A DNA stretch of 35,852 nt from a virus. Taxonomy: Duplodnaviria; Caudoviricetes. The stretch's first letter is position 1; each line of letters begins with the position of its first letter. Shown piece by piece: positions 27,469-34,089 of the stretch. A program made the translations under genes and the position numbers. The notes under the pieces are model-generated. The model did not search any database, had not been told where the DNA came from, and saw nothing but the letters and a program-made list of their open reading frames with translations. The stretch spans positions 1-35,852 of the IMG/VR virus record IMGVR_UViG_3300037755_000487; one strand, given 5' to 3'.

Positions 27469-30018
27469 CTACGGCCGCGTGCCGAAGGAGTCGGGTTCCA
27501 ATATTCCCGTTAGCTCGTCCCATGACTGGCGTGCTTCTACGATCGCCTCAAAGTACTTCTGAACTGGGTCGGCAATTTTCCTCCGATCTTCAGGAGACTG
27601 CGGTAAGGGAACTCGAACCTCTCGCCAATGGTCTCCCAGGTGCTCTCGGTTCGTCTGCATCAACGTCAAGGTTGGATACTGCTCCTGCACCACCTTGAGT
27701 GACATGAGAGCGAGTAACAAGAACGGCGTGATGCCTTCCTCGTTCTCTAACACCCGGATGACAAGTACCTCCTTGGTCAACAGAATATTCGTCTGCCATG
27801 GGAGCACGAGGGAGAACTGACCAATGTTTGAAGAGGCTCTGGCTGGCGAGACCAAGTCGCCGTAGTGAAGCTCCGGACCGCCACGCTTTTTCTCGTCGGC
27901 CACGCTTTCATGAACGAAGTTCGTCGGATTCTCGTTGATTCGCCAGTTCTTGAGGTCTGTGACCTTCACGTAGGGAATTGCTCCAGTAGCCCGCGCATTT
28001 CCAGGCGGCGAGCCGTGCCCCCCGTAGGTAGCGACGATCCCACGATCGGACAGGTCGCCGAGAGTCACAATCTCTGACGGGTGCTTATTGCCCCACGCTC
28101 GCACTGCCTTCTCTGAATCCTTCCGCCACCAGAATCTAGGAACTAAGACGCCCCGCTTCCTTGCCTTTTCCTGAGGAACCAGAAAGCGAAATCGTGCATT
28201 CCCTGGCGCTGCCTTTGCTTTCTCCTTCCCGCGGTACTCAGCCGCGACGATCTCCTTGACAGCCTCCGCCATCTCATTGTCTAGTTCGCCGGTGCGCTGA
28301 CCAGACTCGTTCACCCTCTTGAGAAGATTTCCCTTCCTGTCTTGGCCGATGGTCCGGGGGAAGCTCATGATAATTTGGTGGCCCTTCGGCGGAGTGCTTT
28401 TGGTCACGAACATTAGACAGGTTTTGGCGCGGCAGAACTCCTCGAATGCAACCATTGGAACATCTACCACGTGGGTAACGGTCATATCGCGGCACACCCA
28501 ATCGACAAACCATCTAAACGTCTTAGAGAAGAGGAAAGTTTCCGGAAGGACGATGGCCATGCGACCACCGGGCTTTAGGAGTTCCAGGTCACGTTCGAAG
28601 AAGGCCAGTCCGAGTTGCTGTTCGACTACATCCTCGCTCGGCTTCCAGTGCTTGCCTTCAAGTCTCCACCGACGGCACGTCTGCAATTTCTCCGACCGTC
28701 CAACTTCCACACCGACTTTAAGATTCTTTCCGAAAGGAGGATTGGTCATGACAAGATCGAACGCGGCGGATTTAACGGCCCCCTCGAGATCGTCGCTCCG
28801 ATCGGGCCAATCACCGCGGTCGATCATGTTCGCACGGTAGACGTGAGAGCGACCGTCTCCAAGAAGCGTGAGGTACGCCTTGCAAAGCTTTGTCGATACC
28901 ACATCCTTGTCCGCGGCCATCAAGCTTTCTTGAGCCCATTGCCGCTTCGCCTTGTCCTTCGCGTCGGCGGACAAGTGCTCACGTTCGTCGATTCCCTTGA
29001 ATACATGGTCGAGGGACGCTGCAAGGAAGCCACCAGTACCGCACGCTGGGTCGATGACTCGTGATTTGTGGTCCGGGTCGAGAATGGAAACCACGCAGTC
29101 CACGATTGGTGGCGGGGTGAAGTAGGCACCTTCCTCACCCTTGAGGGCTCTGCCGCGAAGAATCTGGAATGCCGTTCCGACTGCTTGTCGATCATGGCCA
29201 AGGAGCCGATACGGTTGAAGTGTCCGAACGACTGTCTCGATGCTCGCATCATCAACGTGAAATCTATCCGTCTCGTCAGTGAAAACAGAGCTTAGGCGAC
29301 TCTTTACATCCTCGAAAAATACACGTATGGCCTCGCCTGTATTTGGGCGAGATCGACCAAGCTGAAAGGCGAGCGAACGTTCCGGCTCCAACTCACCATG
29401 CTGCTCGTCGACAATCTTGCATATCAGTAGATTCGCAAGGTCGTTGAGAATGAACTCATCCCGATTAACGTGGGTGTCCTGGGCAGCGATGTAGTCGCGG
29501 AGCCGTCGGAATATTTCGCCAAGATTGGGCGGCGGGATCAGGTCAGAGTAATGAAGCGGCTTATCGGTCTCGGTTGGAGCAAGGGGATCTGTCGGGCGAG
29601 GGATGGGTGCGTAGTCGTTGACCTCGAATCCATCACGGGTTTTGTAGACAAGCCGATGAGACGCGCCGTTGAACCAGATTCCGAGCCGGGCTTCAGGTTC
29701 AAGCGATAGGTATGTCTTTAGCTGACCAATTCCTTCTGTCTCGTCAGGCGCTTTGCACTCTACAAGAATCTGAACATGGTCAGGGTCACCACGCGTCTCG
29801 ACCGAGTCAAAGATCGCGATATCTACTGGGAACCCTTCTCGGCGCGCTCCGGATGGAGTCCGCGGCACACGCCATTGTGGTCGCGTGATGATCTGTTGCG
29901 GATTCCATCCCATGCGTTGAGTTAGATAGAAGACGAGCGGTTGTGTGGCGGACTGCTCTTCCTCCCCGGCGAGAATCTCACGTCCCGAAAGCGCATCAAT
30001 GACTACAGATTTTGCCAA
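27469..30018 (-). CDS. Single-chain restriction-modification enzyme (nuclease, N6-adenine MTase, target recognition domain; Type IIG-like)
   Basis: N-terminal PVDIAIF...VECKAP...GQLKTY nuclease; GAYFTP, DPACGTGGFL (motif I), NPPF (motif IV); C-terminal HsdS-like IPYVKVTDL region. Confidence 0.88.
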   Translation of the reverse strand: MAKSVVIDALSGREILAGEEEQSATQPLVFYLTQRMGWNPQQIITRPQWRVPRTPSGARREGFPVDIAIFDSVETRGDPDHVQILVECKAPDETEGIGQLKTYLSLEPEARLGIWFNGASHRLVYKTRDGFEVNDYAPIPRPTDPLAPTETDKPLHYSDLIPPPNLGEIFRRLRDYIAAQDTHVNRDEFILNDLANLLICKIVDEQHGELEPERSLAFQLGRSRPNTGEAIRVFFEDVKSRLSSVFTDETDRFHVDDASIETVVRTLQPYRLLGHDRQAVGTAFQILRGRALKGEEGAYFTPPPIVDCVVSILDPDHKSRVIDPACGTGGFLAASLDHVFKGIDEREHLSADAKDKAKRQWAQESLMAADKDVVSTKLCKAYLTLLGDGRSHVYRANMIDRGDWPDRSDDLEGAVKSAAFDLVMTNPPFGKNLKVGVEVGRSEKLQTCRRWRLEGKHWKPSEDVVEQQLGLAFFERDLELLKPGGRMAIVLPETFLFSKTFRWFVDWVCRDMTVTHVVDVPMVAFEEFCRAKTCLMFVTKSTPPKGHQIIMSFPRTIGQDRKGNLLKRVNESGQRTGELDNEMAEAVKEIVAAEYRGKEKAKAAPGNARFRFLVPQEKARKRGVLVPRFWWRKDSEKAVRAWGNKHPSEIVTLGDLSDRGIVATYGGHGSPPGNARATGAIPYVKVTDLKNWRINENPTNFVHESVADEKKRGGPELHYGDLVSPARASSNIGQFSLVLPWQTNILLTKEVLVIRVLENEEGITPFLLLALMSLKVVQEQYPTLTLMQTNREHLGDHWREVRVPLPQSPEDRRKIADPVQKYFEAIVEARQSWDELTGILEPDSFGTRP

Positions 30019-30071
30019 GTCAAGTTCCCCCGAGGAGAGAGTCTCTCATGCGGCGGGGGCAATCACAAGTC

Positions 30072-30908
30072 CTATCGACCGTAAATTTCTCCGGCCTCGA
30101 CTAGGTCATCGATCCGCCATTGACGGTCGGCAATTCCGGCAGCGATTGCCGGAGTCGTCTTAATCGTGCTGTGATTCCGCACGAAGTTGTAGTACGCAAA
30201 GTGCAGCGAAACGGCCGCTTTCAGGTTGTCGGCCTTCTTCGAGAAGCCGTTGGTGAGCCGGGTCAAGCGGCGCATTCCCATGCGCATGGTGAGGTTCTGG
30301 CGTTCGACGTGAGACGTTGAAATCCGGCTGGGATCGGGGCTCCCGAAAACCTTATCCTTGTCGACTCCGACGACCATGGGCGGGCTGTACCTACGCTCAC
30401 CCAGGTCTTCGACGCGGAAGCGCTTTACGATTCGGCCGTAGTCGACGTTGTTCTTTCCGAGCTGGCCCGCGATCGCGAACTTGTAGGCGGCGAGCTTGTC
30501 GGTGCTGATCTGCACGCGGCCCTCGACCCGTCGAGCGACGACCTTGAGCAGCGCGTTCGCGTCGGGCTGAGTGCGCTTCCCGACGTGATGCGCGGGAACA
30601 AGCTTTGATTCGGGATCCATGGCAACCCACGTCCAGAAATCCCCGACCTTTCGCTCGTCGTCGTCCTTCTGGACCCGTGCCCGCTTCTTTCCGACGAACC
30701 CCCAAATCTCGTCGAGCTGAAGCTCTCGGCACTCGACGTGGCGGATATGCTCCTCCGAGAGCCGATCGCAGCCCTTGCCGGTCTGGACAACCACCTTGGT
30801 GATCGTGTCGCGGTGAGCACCCGTCATGCGCTCAGTCGAGCGGATCGAGCTGCCTTCGACAAGGCATCGAAGGATTTGGGCTTTTGTGTCGGTGGTGAGT
30901 CGTGCCAT
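30072..30908 (-). CDS. IS1-family DDE transposase (single ORF)
   Basis: Start re-called to ATG 30908; HTH LVEGSSIRSTERMTG; DDE motifs QLDEIW, STDK and HVERQNLTMR; C-terminal FSKK...YNF. Confidence 0.9.
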   Translation of the reverse strand: MARLTTDTKAQILRCLVEGSSIRSTERMTGAHRDTITKVVVQTGKGCDRLSEEHIRHVECRELQLDEIWGFVGKKRARVQKDDDERKVGDFWTWVAMDPESKLVPAHHVGKRTQPDANALLKVVARRVEGRVQISTDKLAAYKFAIAGQLGKNNVDYGRIVKRFRVEDLGERRYSPPMVVGVDKDKVFGSPDPSRISTSHVERQNLTMRMGMRRLTRLTNGFSKKADNLKAAVSLHFAYYNFVRNHSTIKTTPAIAAGIADRQWRIDDLVEAGEIYGR

Positions 30909-30968
30909 GTAGATTAATGTATTACGTTTAATGTTGGCAGTCAATGGTTTATGTGATACAAAAAAGGC
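30909..30968. promoter_or_regulatory. Divergent promoter pair for transposase and RHH gene
   Basis: Minus: TTGACT-17-TACATT, 7 nt before the ATG. Plus: TTGGCA-17-TACAAA with extended -10 TG, 6 nt before the ATG. Confidence 0.6.
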
Positions 30969-31154
30969 ATGGCAGCAAAAAAGAAACGGCCGCCGGGAAG
31001 ACCAAGGCTTGCCCCGGGTGAATCGAGGCAGGAAACCGTGACGCTCAGGGTGCGGTCTGAGGATGCCGAGAGAATGAGGATGGCGGCTGATAGTGCTGGG
31101 CTATCCTTTTCGGCGTGGGCGAGAAAGATTCTCACCGAAGCCGCCGGCAAATAG
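30969..31154 (+). CDS. Ribbon-helix-helix (CopG-like) regulator
   Basis: 61 aa; GRPRL...TVTLRVRSEDAERMRMAADSAGLSFSAWARKIL. Confidence 0.8.
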   Translation: MAAKKKRPPGRPRLAPGESRQETVTLRVRSEDAERMRMAADSAGLSFSAWARKILTEAAGK

Positions 31155-31226
31155 GTGGAACGGTGGGGAATCGAACCCCAGAGGGCCAAGGTGTAGAGCC
31201 GGGCCTGGGAACCATCCCGCCGCCCC
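31154..31226 (-). ncRNA. Non-canonical tRNA-like cloverleaf with CUA anticodon
   Basis: Folded by hand: GGGGCGG C GGGA-TGGT-TCCC A GGCCCGG-CTCTACA-CCTTGGCC CTC TGGGG-TTCGATT-CCCCA CCGTTCC A CC. Confidence 0.6.
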
Positions 31227-31319
31227 GAGCGTTGGGTGGAGAGCGGCGCGACGTAACCCGCCAAGGCACGATCGAAGTGCCGCTCTCCTCTCGGCCGCCC
31301 AACCGGCCTCAGCGTATCC

Positions 31320-32060
31320 TCACGAGCCTTCCTCCTCGTCGGTGTTGGGATCTTCATCCGCCCCTTGCGCCGACTCATATGAGCGCATTTGGTCGATGAG
31401 CCCGAACACGAAGTCGCGGTCAGCGGCGTCAAGCGCGAAGAGATCGAGACTGGCCGAAAGGGTGACTGTGCCGCCGCTGAGCTCGATAGTTTGGGAAGGG
31501 CCGCTCGGCTGCTCAGGTTGAGCGTTGATGCGATCGTTGTTTCGATTGCGCTTTGCTGCCGACTTGCGAGCAGCCTTCTTTCGCGGCGATCCCGCTCCGG
31601 CTTTCGGCCCCGGCCGCGGCTTCGCCAGGAGCGGGGAAACCTTGACACCCACGTAGTCCAGGCAGGTAATCAGGAACCGCACGGCTTTGGTGCGCGTTGT
31701 GCCGGAGACGCCATACGCTTCACCCATCCGCTCGGACAACTCGGCAGGCGTTGTCTTCAGGAGGTCTAGAGCGAAAATGTCCGAATACCGAGATTCGATG
31801 ATCGCTCGAAGCTCTCGCTTGCGAGCGTCGTCGTCCGCGACTGCGACACTATGCATCGCCTCCAACGGCTTCCCGGCGTCATCAATCATGCCAAGGAATT
31901 TGAACCCGGCGAGCAATTGAGTCTGAACACCGCCCGAAAGCCCCGGAAAGACGCTGCGATCAATTCGGTTGGGAACGCCCTGGGAGAGCTGTTTCAACGC
32001 GTTCTCGAAGGTCCCCCACGCGACGTATACGGCGGCGGGCGAGTCGTCTGAGTTTGCCAT
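31320..32060 (-). CDS. DUF5343-like protein (probable winged-helix DNA-binding)
   Basis: YVAWGTF...VPNRIDRSVF...LLAGFKFLGMIDDAGKP...YGVSGTTRTKAVRFL; GGAGG RBS; family call from recall. Confidence 0.65.
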   Translation of the reverse strand: MANSDDSPAAVYVAWGTFENALKQLSQGVPNRIDRSVFPGLSGGVQTQLLAGFKFLGMIDDAGKPLEAMHSVAVADDDARKRELRAIIESRYSDIFALDLLKTTPAELSERMGEAYGVSGTTRTKAVRFLITCLDYVGVKVSPLLAKPRPGPKAGAGSPRKKAARKSAAKRNRNNDRINAQPEQPSGPSQTIELSGGTVTLSASLDLFALDAADRDFVFGLIDQMRSYESAQGADEDPNTDEEEGS

Positions 32061-32061
32061 C

Positions 32062-32129
32062 TCGAATCCTCCAATTGCGGAACGTTCCTAAGATTATGGT
32101 ATCTCGGAACGTGCCGCAATTAGATTCGA
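32062..32129. promoter_or_regulatory. Long inverted repeat in the divergent intergenic region
   Basis: AATTGCGGAACGTTCC (32073-32088) and GGAACGTGCCGCAATT (32106-32121) match 15/16; outer TCGAATC/GATTCGA arms. Confidence 0.55.
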
Positions 32130-32176
32130 TGAGATTATTTGTTTACTCCCGGATATCGTCGAATTATAATGATTGA

Positions 32177-32374
32177 ATGGATCAAAAAATCGAGATAGGT
32201 CAGTCAGTTACGCTTCTTTCTGCTCATGGTCCGATCAATCGCGTAGTTGTCAACGTCCTCGATGGTATCATTCTGGTCTGCAAGGCCGAGGAGTTTCAGG
32301 CGGCGCGAAGGGAGCATCGGGATCCAATTTCGATCGGCTTTCCGATCGATGACATCGTTCCTACGGCTGGCTGA
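32177..32374 (+). CDS. Small hypothetical protein (65 aa)
   Basis: ATG follows a TATAAT; beta-rich ORF closely followed by the next gene. Confidence 0.6.
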   Translation: MDQKIEIGQSVTLLSAHGPINRVVVNVLDGIILVCKAEEFQAARREHRDPISIGFPIDDIVPTAG

Positions 32375-32378
32375 TCCC

Positions 32379-32669
32379 ATGAATCAGACCCCTCTCCCTG
32401 ATTTCATCGCCGCCATCCGCGCAATGCACGGCGCTGCTTCCAAACTCCTGACACGGGAGCCCGTCCACGAGCAGTTCGAAGGCGAGACGGTCTGGGAAGG
32501 CGAAGTGCTGGTGTTCGAGCTGTCAGACCATCCCACAGCCTCGAAGTGCTTCGCCTGGGAGGTCGACGGGGAGATCACGGCTGTCCTGGCCGAAGGGCCA
32601 ATTCAGACCGCTACAGACGCCGTGAGAGCTTCGATCTGGGCGGATGGGTCAGTGGAGCAGGAGGCGTGA
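32379..32669 (+). CDS. Hypothetical protein (96 aa) at the right end of the transposon
   Basis: Start re-called to ATG 32379; PVHEQFEGETVWEGEVLVFEL..HP.A..CFAW...AVRASI; stops 5 bp before the TIR. Confidence 0.7.
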   Translation: MNQTPLPDFIAAIRAMHGAASKLLTREPVHEQFEGETVWEGEVLVFELSDHPTASKCFAWEVDGEITAVLAEGPIQTATDAVRASIWADGSVEQEA

Positions 32670-32674
32670 GTCTG

Positions 32675-32697
32675 GCCCTCAGGGGAAGGACACTACC
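32675..32697 (-). repeat. Right terminal inverted repeat
   Basis: GCCCTCAGGGGAAGGACACTACC, reverse complement of 27436-27458. Confidence 0.95.
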
Positions 32698-32705
32698 GGG
32701 CTGCT
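32698..32705 (+). repeat. Target site duplication, right copy (GGGCTGCT)
   Basis: Identical to 27428-27435. Confidence 0.9.
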
Positions 32706-32965
32706 TCGCTTCTGACCGGAGGCAATCTCTCGTTGCCACTGTTCTTGGCCTTCTGTGAGGCTATCGATACCCCGGTCTCCAGGGTGCTGGAAGAAGGCAT
32801 GCTGGCAAAGCACCGCGATGTGGACAGGCTGACATCCAATGGCTCTCGAAAATCGACGCCCGCGAATACCGCGTGGCGATGAAGGGCGCGAGAGACGCCG
32901 TTGATCTCCACCGCCTCCGGGAATCCGAGAAGAAATCCCCGACTCGCGACAGGGACGCCAAATAG
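32698..32965 (+). pseudogene. Possible remnant of an XRE-type (cI-position) repressor, interrupted and frameshifted
   Basis: AASLLTGGNLSLPLFLAFCEAIDTPVSRVLEEG resembles the second half of an XRE HTH; a plausible helical continuation (IQWLSKIDAREYRVAMKGARDAV...) lies in another frame; divergent from cro. Confidence 0.4.
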
Positions 32966-33002
32966 CCGGTCTACATAGACTTTTTATCCTACCGGCAAAT
33001 TA

Positions 33003-33065
33003 GTTCAGTTTCCCCGAACATTAGTCTTGACGGTTCTCTATCCGTAGTGTTCACTATCCCCGAAC
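33003..33065 (+). promoter_or_regulatory. Rightward phage promoter with two operator-like sites
   Basis: GTTCAGTTTCCCCGAAC (33003-33019), TTGACG (33027-33032), GTGTTCACTATCCCCGAAC (33047-33065), then GGAGG and ATG 33082. Confidence 0.75.
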
Positions 33066-33081
33066 ACAACGGAGGCCCGAC

Positions 33082-33372
33082 ATGACCAATCCCACCCCTT
33101 CCCCCCGACTCAATCACCCTCGGCTCGTCGACCTGGGCTTGACGCCCGAAGCGCTAGAGCAGTGGTGCCGTGACGGCGAAACCTCGCGCGTCGTCGGCCA
33201 CGCGATTCACGCGATTTCGACTTCAATTCGCTCGCCTGACGAGATCTGGAGCTTGCCGACTCCGGACGAGGAGGATCGGATCCGCGACGCGATCGCGAAC
33301 CTCGTCGAGGTCGGTCTCTACGAGCGGGAGGCGTCCTATTGGTGGGGCGGCACCGAGATCGAGGCGTCATGA
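33082..33372 (+). CDS. Hypothetical early protein
   Basis: 96 aa; GGAGG RBS; first gene after the rightward promoter. Confidence 0.7.
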   Translation: MTNPTPSPRLNHPRLVDLGLTPEALEQWCRDGETSRVVGHAIHAISTSIRSPDEIWSLPTPDEEDRIRDAIANLVEVGLYEREASYWWGGTEIEAS

Positions 33373-33680
33373 TCCCCCACCGCACCTCTCTCGCCGGCCA
33401 CCCGCTGACCAAGTCCGAAACCGCTCTCGTCCGGGAGGTCGAGGCGGCGCGCGCCGATCTGGCCACCGCCCGGGCCGCGCTCGAGGCCGAGGTCGAGGCG
33501 CACGACAAGACGCGGAGGCGGATGGCCGTCGAGTTGGCTCGCGCCAATTCCGTGACAAGCACCCTTTGCCTCGCCAACCGACAGATGGGCGACCTGCGCG
33601 AAGAGCGCGACCGCTTCCACGACCTCGCTCTGCACCTGGCCGAAGAGGGCGGGAACTTCTGCTCAGGAGGCCCGACATGA
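33369..33680 (+). CDS. Hypothetical coiled-coil protein
   Basis: ATG 33369 (ATGA overlap, GAGG RBS); Ala/Glu/Arg heptad pattern. Confidence 0.65.
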   Translation: MIPHRTSLAGHPLTKSETALVREVEAARADLATARAALEAEVEAHDKTRRRMAVELARANSVTSTLCLANRQMGDLREERDRFHDLALHLAEEGGNFCSGGPT

Positions 33681-33745
33681 CCAATCCCACCCCCGCCCAG
33701 TTCTGGACCCAGGCCCGCGAAGCCGCGGAGGCGGTCGCGCGATGA
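33677..33745 (+). CDS. 22-aa micro-ORF MTNPTPAQFWTQAREAAEAVAR
   Basis: GGAGG RBS; ATGA overlaps at both ends. Confidence 0.5.
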   Translation: MTNPTPAQFWTQAREAAEAVAR

Positions 33746-34086
33746 ACCGCCGCACGATCCTGCTCCAGGACGCCGAGTCGCTGCTCGCCCGAGCGTTGCG
33801 CCGCCTCTTCCCGCCCACCGTCACGGTCTGGAACTCAGTCTGCATGGACTGCGATCGCGTCTACGGCGTCCAGAATCTCCCCTACGACGAGCGGCACGGC
33901 AGGGAGGTCAATTCACACGGCCTCTGCGTCTCGTGCGCGGCGGATCGTGGAGTGCTCGATCTCGACACCCTGGCCGATGGTCGGCTGGGTGTAGCCCGGC
34001 GGCACGGTATAGGGATTGGTGACGTGACCGCCGGGCCTTCCATTGTTGTTCGCGAGGCCCGGCGCCTCGCAGAAGAGGAGAAGTGA
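33742..34086 (+). CDS. Hypothetical protein with putative zinc finger
   Basis: CMDC...SHGLCVSC; ATGA overlap. Confidence 0.65.
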   Translation: MNRRTILLQDAESLLARALRRLFPPTVTVWNSVCMDCDRVYGVQNLPYDERHGREVNSHGLCVSCAADRGVLDLDTLADGRLGVARRHGIGIGDVTAGPSIVVREARRLAEEEK

Positions 34087-34089
34087 CCC

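Larger units (their letters stand above)
27436..32697. mobile_element. IS1-family cargo transposon (5,262 bp)
   Basis: Perfect 23-bp TIRs starting GGTAGTG, 8-bp TSD, internal IS1-like DDE transposase, visibly less GC-rich cargo. Confidence 0.92.
33071..33693 (+). repeat. Pair of 28-bp direct repeats (33071-33098 and 33666-33693)
   Basis: GGAGGCCCGACATGACCAATCCCACCCC occurs twice, comprising RBS plus MTNPTP codons. Confidence 0.9.

Noticed and set aside
31154-31226. Prophage att site (tRNA 3' fragment) or true tRNA-Pyl
   Set aside because: Both acceptor strands are present, it lies inside the TIR-bounded element with no integrase nearby, and A73, the canonical T-loop and the absence of pyl genes argue against tRNA-Pyl
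33003-33065. LexA/SOS box
   Set aside because: GTTC-N9-GAAC does not match the known GAAC-N4-GTTC, GTTC-N7-GTTC or CTGT-N8-ACAG boxes
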